A stretch of DNA of 64,000 nucleotides. Origin: the human T2T-CHM13v2.0 reference genome, Homo sapiens. Below, piece by piece: positions 1-14,859 of the stretch. The position numbers and the translations under genes were made by a program. The stretch lies in NCBI RefSeq assembly GCF_009914755.1, contig NC_060927.1. One strand, 5' to 3'. Below the pieces are notes generated by a model. That model worked only from the letters and a program-made list of their open reading frames with translations. It ran no database searches and had not been told where the DNA came from. The stretch's first letter is position 1, and the number at the start of each line of letters is the position of its first letter.

Positions 1-1024
1 ACATCAAATATATATTAGGTACATAAAATATGAAAGTACATCAAATATATATTTTATTCTGTACATAAAATATCAAAGTACACCAGATATATATTCTATA
101 GTGTACATAAAATAACAAAGTACACAAACTATAAATTATATAATGTACATAAAATATGAAATTACATCAAATATATATTAGGTACATAAAATATGAAAGT
201 ACATCAAATATAGATTATATACTGTACATATAATATCAATGTACCCGAAATATATATTTTATACTCTACATGAAATATCAAAGTTCACAAACCATATATT
301 GTATACTGCACATAAAATATCAAAATACCCAAGGTATATATTCTATACTGTACAAAAAATATCAAAGTACCCAAAGCAGGTATTATATACTGTACATAAA
401 ATATGAAAGTACATCAAACATATATTTTATTCTGTACATAAAATATCAAAGTACACCAGATATATATTCTATAGTGTACATAAAATATCAAAGTACCCAA
501 ACTATACATTATATACTGTACATAAAATATGAAATTACAGCAAATATATATTATATTAGGTACATAAAATATGAAAGTACATCAAATATAGATTATATAC
601 TGTACATTAAATACCAAAGTACCCCAAATATATATTTTATACTGTACATGAAATATCAAAGTTCACAAACTATATATTATATACTGTACATAAAATATCA
701 ATGTACCCAAGGTATATATTCTATACTGCACAAAAAATATCAAAGTACCCAAAGCATGTATTATATACTGTATATAAAATATGAAAGTACATCAAATATA
801 TATTTTATTCTGTACATAAAATATCAAAGTACACCAGATATATATTCTATAGTGTACATAAAATATCAAAGTACCCAAACTATACATTATATACTGTACA
901 TAAAATATGAAATTACATCAAATATATATTATATTAGGTACATAAAATACGAAAGTACATCAAATATAGATTATATACTGTACATAAAATATCAAAGTAC
1001 CCCAATATATATTATATACTGTAC

Positions 1025-1560
1025 ATGAAATATCAAAGTTCACAAACTATATATTATGTACTGTACATAAAATATCAAAGTACCCAAGGTATATATTCTA
1101 TACTGTACAAAAAATATCAAAGTACCCAAAGCATGTATTATATAATGTACATAAAATATGAAAGTACATCAAATATATATTTTATTCTGTACATAAAATA
1201 TCAAAGAACACCAGATATATATTCTATAGTGTAAATAAAATATCAAAGTACCCAAACTATACATTATATACTGTACATAAAATATGAAATTACATCATAT
1301 ATATATTAGGTACATAAAATATGAAAGTACATCAAATATATATTTTATTCTGTACATAAAATATCAAAGTACACCAGATATATATTCTATAGTGTACATA
1401 AAATAACAAAGTACACAAACTATAAATTATATACTGTACATAAAATATGAAATTACATCAAATATATATTAGGTACATAAAATATGAAAGTACATCAAAT
1501 ATAGATTATATACTGTACATATAATATCAATGTACCCGAAATATATATTTTATACTCTAC
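1025..1560 (+). repeat. 536-bp 13-monomer HOR variant (ABCDEFG'-DEFG'HI), recurrent
   Basis: 536 = 13 x 42 - 10. Copies start at 1025, 3687, 4978, 7780, 12662, 26625, 29050, 35602, 46341, 50481, 55317 (535 bp) and 60152, plus a partial copy at 1-269. Confidence 0.9.
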
Positions 1561-1933
1561 ATGAAATATCAAAGTTCACAAACCATATATTGTATACTGC
1601 ACATAAAATATCAAAATACCCAAGGTATATATTCTATACTGTACAAAAAATATCAAAGTACCCAAAGCAGGTATTATATACTGTACATAAAATATGAAAG
1701 TACATCAAATATATATTTTATTCTGTACATAAAATATCAAAGTACACCAGATATATATTCTATAGCGTACATGAAATATCAAAGTACACAAACTATACAT
1801 TATATACTGTACATAAAATATGAAATTACATCAAATATATATTAGGTACATAAAATATGAAAGTACATCAAATATAGATTATATACTGTAAATATAATAT
1901 CAATGTACCCCAAATATATATTTTATACTCTAC

Positions 1934-2185
1934 ATGAAATATCAAAGTTCACAAACCATATATTATATACTGTACATAAAATATCAAAGTACCCAAGGTA
2001 TATATTCTATACTGTACAAAAAATATCAAAGTACACAAAGCATGTATTATATACTGTACATAAAATATGAAATTACATCAAATATATATTATATTAGGTA
2101 CATAAAATATGAAAGTACATCAAATATAGATTATATACTGTACATAAAATATCAAAGTACCCCAAATATATATTATATACTGTAC
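1934..2185 (+). repeat. 252-bp 6-monomer truncated HOR (ABC-GHI)
   Basis: Monomer C is followed directly by G, and the next A starts at 2186 (252 = 6 x 42). Confidence 0.88.
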
Positions 2186-5100
2186 ATGTAATATCAAAGT
2201 TCACAACTATATATTACATACTGTACATAAAATATCAAAGTACCCAAGGTATATATTCTATACTGTACAAAAAATATCAAAGTACCCAAAGCATGTATTA
2301 TATACTGTACATAAAATATGAAAGTACATCAAATATATACTTTATTCTGTACATAAAATATCAAAGTACACCAGATATATATTCTATAGTGTATATAAAA
2401 TATCAAAGTACCCAAACTATACATTATATACTGTACATAAAATATGAAATTACATCAAATATATATTATATTAGGTACATAAAATATGAAAGTACATGAA
2501 GTATAGATTATATACTGTAGATAAAATATCAAAGTACCCCAAATTTATATTATATACTATACATGAAATATCAAAGTTCACAAACTATATATTATATACT
2601 GTACATAAAATATCAAAGTACCCAAGGTATATATTCTATAGTGTACAAAAAATATCAAAGTACCCAAAGCATGTATTATATACCGTACATAAAATATAAA
2701 ATTACATCAAATATATATTTTATTCTGTACATAAAATATCAAAGTACACCAGATATATATACTATAGTGTACATAAAATATCAAAGTACCCAAACTATAC
2801 ATTATACACTGTACATAAAATATGAAATTACATCAAATATATATTAGGTACATAAAATATGAAAGTACATCAAATATAGATTATATACTGTAAATATAAT
2901 ATCAATGTACCCCAAATATATATTTTATACTCTACATGAAATATCAAAGTTCACAAACCATATATTATGTACTGTACATAAAATATCAAAGTACCCAAGG
3001 TATATATTCTATACTGTACAAAAAATATCAAAGTACCCAAAGCATGTATTATATACTGTACATAAAATATGAAAGTACATCAAATATATATTTTATTCTG
3101 TACATAAAATATCAAAGTACACTAGATATATATTCTATAGTGTACATAAAACATCAAAATACCCAAACTATACATTATATACTGTACATAAAATATGAGA
3201 TTACATCAAATATATATTATATTAGGTACATAAAATATGAAAGTACATCAAATATAGATTATATACTGTACATAAAATATCAAAGTACCCCGAATATATA
3301 TTATATACTCTACATGAAATATCAAAGTTCACAAACTATATATTATATACTGTACATAAAATATCAAAGTACCCAAGGTATATATTCTATACTGTACAAA
3401 AAATATCAAAGTACACAAAGCATGTATTATATACTGTATATAAAATAAGAAAGTACATTAAATATATATTTTATTCTGTACATAAAATATCAAAGTACAC
3501 CAGATATATATTCTATAGTGTACATAAAATAACAAAGTACACAAACTATAAATTATATACTGTACATAAAATATGAAATTACATCAAATATATATTAGGT
3601 ACATAAAATATGAAAGTACATCAAATATAGATTATATACTGAACATATAATATCAATGTACCCCAAATATATATTTGATACTCTACATGAAATATCAAAG
3701 TTCAGAAACCATACATTATATACTGTACATAAAATATCAAAGTACCCAAGGTATATATTCTATACTGTACAAAAAATATCAAAGTACCCAAAGCATGTAT
3801 TATATACTGTACATAATATATGAAAGTACATCAAATATATATTTTATTCTGTACATAAAATATCAAAGTACACCAGATATATATTCTATAGTGTACATAA
3901 AATATCAAAGTACCCAAACTATACATTATATACTGTACATAAAATATGAAATTACATCAAATATATATTAGGTACATAAAATATGAAAGTACATCAAATA
4001 TATATTTTATTCTGTACATAAAATATCAAAGTACACCAGATATATATTCTATAGTGTACATAAAATAAGAAAGTACACAAACTATAAATTATATACTGTA
4101 CATAAAATATGAAATTACATCAAATATATATTAGGTACATAAAATATGAAAGTACATCAAATATAGATTATATACTGTACATATAATATCAATGTACCCG
4201 AAATATATATTTTATACTCTACATGAAATATCAAAGTTCACAAACCATATATTGTATACTGCACATAAAATATCAAAATACCCAAGGTATATATTCTATA
4301 CTGTACAAAAAATATCAAAGTACCCAAAGCAGGTATTATATACTGTACATAAAATATGAAAGTACATCAAATATATATTTTATTCTGTACATAAAATATC
4401 AAAGTACACCAGATATATATTCTATAGCGTACATAAAATATCAAAATACACAAACTATACATTATATACTGTACATAAAATATGAAATTACATCAAATAT
4501 ATATTATATTAGGTACATAAAATATGAAAGTACATCAAATATAGATTATATACTGTACATTAAATACCAAAGTACCCCAAATATATATTTTATACTGTAC
4601 ATGAAATTTCAAAGTTCACAAACTATATATTATATACTGTACATAAAATATCAAAGTACCCAAGGTATATATTCTATACTGTGCAAAAAATATCAAAGTA
4701 CCGAAAGCATGTATTATATACTGTATATAAAATATGAAAGTACATCAAATATATATTTTATTCTGTACATAAAATATCAAAGTACACCAGATATATATTC
4801 TATAGTGTACATAAAATATCAAACTACCCAAACTATAAATTATATACTGTACATAAAATATGAAATTACATCAAATATATATTATATTAGGTACATAAAA
4901 TACTAAAGTACATCAAATATAGATTATATAGTGTACATAAAATATCAAAGTACCCCAATATATATTATATACTGTACATGAAATATCAAAGTTCACAAAC
5001 TATATATTATGTACTGTACATAAAATATCAAAGTACCCAAGGTAAATATTCTATACTGTACAAAAAATATCAAAGTACCCAAAGCATGTATTATATAATG

Positions 5101-6647
5101 TACATAAAATATGAAAGTACATCAAATATATATTTTATTCTGTACATAAAATATCAAAGAACACCAGATATATATTCTATAGTGTACATAAAATATCAAA
5201 GTACTCAAACTATACATTATATACTGTACATAAAATATGAAATTACATCAAATATATATTAGGTACATAAAATATGAAAGTACATAAAATATATATTTTA
5301 TTCTGTACATAAAATATCAAAGTACACCAGATATATATTCTATAGTGTACATAAAATAACAAAGTACACAAACTATAAATTATATAATGTACATAAAATA
5401 TGAAATTACATCAAATATATATTAGGTACATAAAATATGAAAGTACATCAAATATAGATTATATACTGTACATATAATATCAATGTACCCGAAATATATA
5501 TTTTATACTCTACATGAAATATCAAAGTTCACAAACCATATATTGTATACTGCACATAAAATATCAAAATACCCAAGGTATATATTCTATACTGTACAAA
5601 AAATATCAAAGTACCCAAAGCAGGTATTATATACTGTACATAAAATATGAAAGTACATCAAATATATATTTTATTCTGTACAAAAAATATCAAAGTACAC
5701 CAGATATATATTCTATAGCGTACATAAAATATCAAAGTACACAAACTATACATTATATACTGTACATAAAATATGAAATTACATCAAATATATATTATAT
5801 TAGGTACATAAAATATGAAAGTACATCAAATATAGATTATATACTGTACATTAAATACCAAAGTACCCCAAATATATATTTTATACTGAACATGAAATTT
5901 CAAAGTTCACAAACTATATATTATGTACTGTACATAAAATATCAAAGTACCCAAGGTATATATTCTATACTGTACAAAAAATATCAAAGTACCCAAAGCA
6001 TGTATTATATAATGTACATAAAATATGAAAGTATATCAAATATATATTTTATTCTGTACATAAAATATCAAAGTACACCAGATATATATTCTATAGCGTA
6101 CATAAAATATCAAAGTACACAAACTATACATTATATACTGTACATAAAATATGAAATTACATCAAATATATATTATATTAGGTAAATGAAATATGAAAGT
6201 ACATCAAATATAGATTATATACTGTACATAAAATATGAAAGTACCCCAAATATATATTATATACTCTACATGAAATATCAAAGTTCACAAACTATATATT
6301 ATATACTGTACATAAAATATCAAAGTACCCAAGGTATATATTCTATCCTGTACAAAAAATATCAAAGTATCCAAAGCATGTATTATATACTGTATATAAA
6401 ATATGAAAGTACATCAAATATATATTTTATTCTGTACATAAAATATCAAAGTACACCAGATATATATTCTATAGCGTACATAAAATATCAAAGTACACAA
6501 ACTATACATTATATACTGTACATAAAATATGAAATTACATCAAATATATATTATATTAGGTACATAAAATATGAAAGTACATCAAATATAGATTATATAC
6601 TGTAAATATAATATCAATGTACCCCAAATATATATTTTATACTATAC

Positions 6648-7025
6648 ATGAAATATCAAAGTTCACAAACCATATATTATATACTGTACATAAAATATCA
6701 AAGTACCCAAGGTATATATTCTATACTGTACAAAAAATATCAAAGTACCCAAAGCATGTATTATATACTGTACATAAAATATGAAAGTACATCAAATATA
6801 TATTTTATTCTGTACATAAAATATCAAAGTACACCAGATATATATTCTATAGTGTACATAAAATATCAAAGTACCCAAACTATACATTATATACTGTACA
6901 TAAAATATGAAATTACATCAAATATATATTATATTAGGTAAATGAAATATGAAAGTACATCAAATATAGATTATATACTGTACATAAAATATGAAAGTAC
7001 CCCAAATATATATTATATACTCTAC
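6648..7025 (+). repeat. Representative canonical 378-bp 9-monomer HOR unit (A-I)
   Basis: The marker ATGAAATATCAAAGTTCACAAA (monomer A) recurs at 6270, 6648 and 7026 (378 = 9 x 42). Monomer cores in order: A gttcacaaac, B cccaaggtat, C cccaaagcatg, D catcaaatatatattttattct, E caccagata, F cccaaactatacatt, G gaaattacatc..attagg, H catcaaatatagatt, I ccccaaatatatat. Confidence 0.95.
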
Positions 7026-9070
7026 ATGAAATATCAAAGTTCACAAACTATATATTATATACTGTACATAAAATATCAAAGTACCCAAGGTATATATTCT
7101 ATACTGTACAAAAAATATCAAAGTATCCAAAGCATGTATTATATACTGTATATAAAATATGAAAGTACATCAAATATATATTTTATTCTGTACATAAAAT
7201 ATCAAAGTACACCAGATATATATTCTATAGTGTACATAAAATATCAAAGTACCCAAACTATACATTATATACTGTACATAAAATATGAAATTACAGCAAA
7301 TATATATTATATTAGGTACATAAAATATGAAAGTACATCAAATATAGATTATATACTCTACATTAAATACCAAAGTACCCAAATATATATTTTATACTGT
7401 ACATGAAATATCAAAGTTCACAAACTATATATTATATACTGTACATAAAATATCAATGTACCCAAGGTATATATTCTATACTGCACAAAAAATATCAAAG
7501 TACCCAAAGCATGTATTATATACTGTATATAAAATATGAAAGTACATCAAATATATATTTTATTCTGTACATAAAATATCAAAGTACACCAGATATATAT
7601 TCTATAGTGTACATAAAATATCAAAGTACCCAAACTATACATTATATACTGTACATAAAATATGAAATTACATCAAATATATATTATATTAGGTACATTA
7701 AATACGAAAGTACATCAAATATAGATTATATACTGTACATAAAATATGAAAGTACCCCAATATATATTATATACTCTACATGAAATATCAAAGTTCACAA
7801 ACTATATATTATGTACTGTACATAAAATATCAAACTACCCAAGGTATATATTCTATACTGTACAAAAAATATCAAAGTACCCAAAGCATGTAGTATATAA
7901 TGTACATAAAATATGAAAGTACATCAAATATATATTTTATTCTGTACATAAAATATCAAAGAACACCAGATATATATTCTATAGTGTACATAAAATATCA
8001 AAGTACCCAAACTATACATTATATACTGTACATAAAATATGAAATTACATCATATATATATTAGGTACATAAAATATGAAAGTACATCAAATATATATTT
8101 TATTCTGTACATAAAATATCAAAGTACACCAGATATATATTCTATAGTGTACATAAAATAACAAAGTACACAAACTATAAATTATATACTGTACATAAAA
8201 TATGAAATTACATCAAATATATATTAGGTAAATAAAATATGAAAGTACATCAAATATAGATTATATACTGTACATATAATATCAATGTACCCGAAATATA
8301 TATTTTATACTCTACATGAAATATCAAAGTTCACAAACCATATATTGTATACTGCACATAAAATATCAAAATACACAAGGTATATATTCTATACTGTACA
8401 AAAAATATCAAAGTACCCAAAGCAGGTATTATATACTGTATATAAAATATGAAAGTACATCAAATATATATTTTATTCTGTACATAAAATATCAAAGTAC
8501 CCCAGATATATATTCTATAGTGTACATAAAATATCAAGGTACCCAAACTATATATTATATACTGTACATAAAATATGAAATTACAGCAAATATATATTAT
8601 ATTAGGTACATAAAATATGAAAGTACATCAAATATAGATTATATACTGTACATTAAATACCAAAGTACCCCAAATATATATTTTATACTGTACATGAAAT
8701 ATCAAAGTTCACAAACTATATATTATATACTGTACATAAAATATCAATGTACCCAAGGTATATATTCTATACTGCACAAAAAATATCAAAGTACCCAAAG
8801 CATGTATTATATACTGTATATAAAATATGAAAGTACATCAAATATATATTTTATTCTGTACATAAAATATCAAAGTACACCAGATATATATTCTATAGTG
8901 TACATAAAATATCAAAGTACCCAAACTATACATTATATACTGTACATAAATATGAAATTACATCAAATATATATTATATTAGGTACATAAAATATGAAAG
9001 TACATGAAGTATAGATTATATACTGTAGATAAAATATCAAAGTACCCCAAATTTATATTATATACTATAC

Positions 9071-9443
9071 ATGAAATATCAAAGTTCACAAACTATATAT
9101 TATATACTGTACATAAAATATCAAAGTACCCAAGGTATATATTCTATAGTGTACAAAAAATATCAAAGTACCCAAAGCATGTATTATATACCGTACATAA
9201 AATATAAAATTACATCAAATATATATTTTATTCTGTACATAAAATATCAAAGTATACCAGATATATATACTATAGTGTACATAAAATATCAAAGTACCCA
9301 AACTATACATTATACACTGTACATAAAATATGAAATTACATCAAATATATATTAGGTACATAAAATATGAAAGTACATCAAATATAGATTATATACTGTA
9401 AATATAATATCAATGTACCCCAAATATATATTTTATACTCTAC
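9071..9443 (+). repeat. Representative 373-bp HOR variant (5-bp deletion in monomer G)
   Basis: aatatatattatattagg becomes aatatatattagg. A-to-A spacing is 373 at 1561-1934, 2563-2936, 9071-9444, 10195-10568 and many other places. Confidence 0.93.
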
Positions 9444-10567
9444 ATGAAATATCAAAGTTCACAAACCATATATTATATACTGTACATAAAATATCAAAGT
9501 ACCCAAGGTATATATTCTATACTGTGCAAAAAATATCAAAGTACCCAAAGCATGTATTATATACTGTATATAAAATATGAAAGTACATCAAATATATATT
9601 TTATTCTGTACATAAAATGTCAAAGTACACCAGATATATATTCTATAGTGTACATAAAATATCAAAGTACCCAAACTATACATTATATACTGTACATAAA
9701 ATATGAAATTACATCAAATATATATTAAGTACATAAAATATGAAAGTACATCAAATATAGATTATATAGTGTACATAAAATATCAATGTACACCAAATAT
9801 ATATTATATACTCTACATGAAATATCAAAGTTCACAAACTATATATTATATACTGTCCATAAAATATCAAAGTACCCAAGGTATATATTTTATACTGTAC
9901 AAAAAATATCAAAGTACCCAAAGCATGTATTATATACTATACCTAAAATATGAAAGTACATCAAATATATATTTTATTCTGTACATAAAATATCAAAGTA
10001 CACCAGATATATATTCTACAGTGTATATAAAATATCAAAGTACCCAAACTATACATTATATACTGTACATAAAATATGAAATTACATCAAATATATATTA
10101 TATTAGGTACATAAAATATGAAAGTACATGAAGTATAGATTATATACTGTACATAAAATATCAAAGTACCCCAAATTTATATTATATACTATACATGAAA
10201 TATCAAAGTTCACAAACTATATATTATATACTGTACATAAAATATCAAAGTACCCAAGGTATATATTCTATAGTGTACAAAAAATATCAAAGTACCCAAA
10301 GCATGTATTATATACCGTACGTAAAATATAAAATTACATCAAATATATATTTTATTCTGTACATAAAATATCAAAGTACACCAGATATATATACTATAGT
10401 GTACATAAAATATCAAAGTACCCAAACTATACATTATACACTGCACATAAAATATGAAATTACATCAAATATATATTAGGTACATAAAATATGAAAGTAC
10501 ATCAAATATAGATTATATACTGTAAATATAATATCAATGTACCCCAAATATATATTTTATACTCTAC

Positions 10568-11150
10568 ATGAAATATCAAAGTTCACAAACCATATATTAT
10601 ATACTGTACATAAAATATCAAAGTACCCAAGGTATATATTCTATACTGTACAAAAAATATCAAAGTACCCAAAGCATGTATTATATACTGTACATAAAAT
10701 ATGAAAGTACATCAAATATATATTTTATTCTGTACATAAAATATCAAAGTACACCAGATATATATTCTATAGTGTACATAAAATAACAAAGTACACAAAC
10801 TATAAATTATATCCTGTACATAAAATATGAAATTACATCAAATATATATTAGGTACATAAAATATGAAAGTACATCAAATATAGATTATATACTGTACAT
10901 TAAGTACCAAAGTACACCAAATATATATTTTATTCTGTACATAAAATATCAAAGTACACCAGATATATATTCTATAGTGTACATAAAATATCAAAGTACC
11001 CAAACTATACATTATATACTGTACATAAAATATGAAATTACATCAAATATATATTATATTAGGTAAATGAAATATGAAAGTACATCAAATATAGATTATA
11101 TACTGTACATAAAATATGAAAGTACCCCAAATATATATTATATACTCTAC
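10568..11150 (+). repeat. 583-bp 14-monomer HOR variant (ABCDEFG'H-[I/D]EFGHI), recurrent
   Basis: 583 = 14 x 42 - 5, with the diagnostic hybrid junction cattaagtaccaaagtacaccaaatatatattttattctg. Copies start at 10568, 15450, 21683, 26042, 43492, 49143, 53018, 53979, 57853 and 58814. Confidence 0.9.
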
Positions 11151-14100
11151 ATGAAATATCAAAGTTCACAAACTATATATTATATACTGTACATAAAATA
11201 TCAAAGTACCCAAGGTATATATTCTATACTGTACAAAAAATATCAAAGTATCCAAAGCATGTATTATATACTGTATATAAAATATGAAAGTACATCAAAT
11301 ATATATTTTATTCTGTACATAAAATATCAAAGTACACCAGATATATATTCTATAGCGTACATAAAATATCAAAGTACACAAACTATACATTATATACTGT
11401 ACATAAAATATGAAATTACATCAAATATATATTATATTAGGTACATAAAATATGAAAGTACATCAAATATAGATTATATACTGTAAATATAATATCAATG
11501 TACCCCAAATATATATTTTATACTCTACATGAAATATCAAAGTTCACAAACCATATATTATATACTGTACATAAAATATCAAAGTACCCAAGGTATATAT
11601 TCTATACTGTACAAAAAATATCAAAGTACCCAAAGCATGTATTATATACTGTACATAAAATATGAAAGTACATCAAATATATATTTTATTCTGTACATAA
11701 AATATCAAAGTACACCAGATATATATTCTATAGTGTACATAAAATATCAAAGTACCCAAACTATACATTATATACTGTACATAAAATATGAAATTACATC
11801 AAATATATATTATATTAGGTAAATGAAATATGAAAGTACATCAAATATAGATTATATACTGTACATAAAATATGAAAGTACCCCAAATATATATTATATA
11901 CTCTACATGAAATATCAAAGTTCACAAACTATATATTATATACTGTACATAAAATATCAAAGTACCCAAGGTATATATTCTATACTGTACAAAAAATATC
12001 AAAGTATCCAAAGCATGTATTATATACTGTATATAAAATATGAAAGTACATCAAATATATATTTTATTCTGTACATAAAATATCAAAGTACACCAGATAT
12101 ATATTCTATAGTGTACATAAAATATCAAAGTACCCAAACTATACATTATATACTGTACATAAAATATGAAATTACAGCAAATATATATTATATTAGGTAC
12201 ATAAAATATGAAAGTACATCAAATATAGATTATATACTGTACATTAAATACCAAAGTACCCCAAATATATATTTTATACTGTACATGAAATATCAAAGTT
12301 CACAAACTATATATTATATACTGTACATAAAGTATCAATGTACCCAAGGTATATATTCTATACTGCACAAAAAATATCAAAGTACCCAAAGCATGTATTA
12401 TATACTGTATATAAAATATGAAAGTACATCAAATATATATTTTATTCTGTACATAAAATATCAAAGTACACCAGATATATATTCTATAGTGTACATAAAA
12501 TATCAAAGTACCCAAACTATACATTATATACTGTACATAAAATATGAAATTACATCAAATATATATTATATTAGGTACATAAAATACGAAAGTACATCAA
12601 ATATAGATTATATACTGTACATAAAATATGAAAGTACCCCAATATATATTATATACTCTACATGAAATATCAAAGTTCACAAACTATATATTATGTACTG
12701 TACATAAAATATCAAACTACCCAAGGTATATATTCTATACTGTACAAAAAATATCAAAGTACCCAAAGCATGTATTATATAATGTACATAAAATATGAAA
12801 GTACATCAAATATATATTTTATTCTGTACATAAAATATCAAAGAACACCAGATATATATTCTATAGTGTACATAAAATATCAAAGTACCCAAACTATACA
12901 TTATATACTGTACATAAAATATGAAATTACATCATATATATATTAGGTACATAAAATATGAAAGTACATCAAATATATATTTTATTCTGTACATAAAATA
13001 TCAAAGTACACCAGATATATATTCTATAGTGTACATAAAATAACAAAGTACACAAACTATAAAATATATACTGTACATAAAATATGAAATTACATCAAAT
13101 ATATATTAGGTACATAAAATATGAAAGTACATCAAATATAGATTATATACTGTACATATAATATCAATGTACCCGAAATATATATTTTATACTCTACATG
13201 AAATATCAAAGTTCACAAACCATATATTGTATACTGCACATAAAATATCAAAATACACAAGGTATATATTCTATACTGTACAAAAAATATCAAAGTACCC
13301 AAAGCAGGTATTATATACTGTATATAAAATATGAAAGTACATCAAATATATATTTTATTCTGTACATAAAATATCAAAGTACACCAGATATATATTCTAT
13401 AGTGTACATAAAATATCAAGGTACCCAAACTATATATTATATACTGTACATAAAATATGAAATTACATCAAATATATATTATATTAGGTACATAAAATAT
13501 GAAAGTACATCAAATATAGATTATATACTGTACATTAAATACCAAAGTACCCCAAATATATATTTTATACTGTACATGAAATATCAAAGTTCACAAACTA
13601 TATATTATATACTGTACATAAAATATCAATGTACCCAAGGTATATATTCTATACTGCACAAAAAATATCAAAGTACCCAAAGCATGTATTATATACTGTA
13701 TATAAAATATGAAAGTACATCAAATATATATTTTATTCTGTACATAAAATATCAAAATACACCAGATATATATTCTATAGTGTACATAAAATATCAAAGT
13801 ACCCAAACTATACATTATATACTGTACATAAATATGAAATTACATCAAATATATATTATATTAGGTACATAAAATATGAAAGTACATGAAGTATAGATTA
13901 TATACTGTAGATAAAATATCAAAGTACCCCAAATTTATATTATATACTATACATGAAATATCAAAGTTCACAAACTATATATTATATACTGTACATAAAA
14001 TATCAAAGTACCCAAGGTATATATTCTATAGTGTACAAAAAATATCAAAGTACCCAAAGCATGTATTATATACCGTACATAAAATATAAAATTACATCAA

Positions 14101-14859
14101 ATATATATTTTATTCTGTACATAAAATATCAAAGTACACCAGTTATATATACTATAGTGTACATAAAATATCAAAGTACCCAAACTATACATTATACACT
14201 GTACATAAAATATGAAATTACATCAAATATATATTAGGTACATAAAATATGAAAGTACATCAAATATAGATTATATACTGTAAATATAATATCAATGTAC
14301 CCCAAATATATATTTTATACTCTACATGAAATATCAAAGTTCACAAACCATATATTATATACTGTACATAAAATATCAAAGTACCCAAGGTATATATTCT
14401 ATACTGTGCAAAAAATATCAAAGTACCCAAAGCATGTATTATATACTGTATATAAAATATGAAAGTACATCAAATATATATTTTATTCTGTACATAAAAT
14501 GTCAAAGTACACCAGATATATATTCTATAGTGTACATAAAATATCAAAGTACCCAAACTATACATTATATACTGTACATAAAACATGAAATTACATCAAA
14601 TATATATTAAGTACATAAAATATGAAAGTACATCAAATATAGATTATATAGTGTACATAAAATATCAATGTACACCAAATATATATTATATACTCTACAT
14701 GAAATATCAAAGTTCACAAACTATATATTATATACTGTCCATAAAATATCAAAGTACCCAAGGTATATATTTTATACTGTACAAAAAATATCAAAGTACC
14801 CAAAGCATGTATTATATACTATACCTAAAATATGAAAGTACATCAAATATATATTTTAT

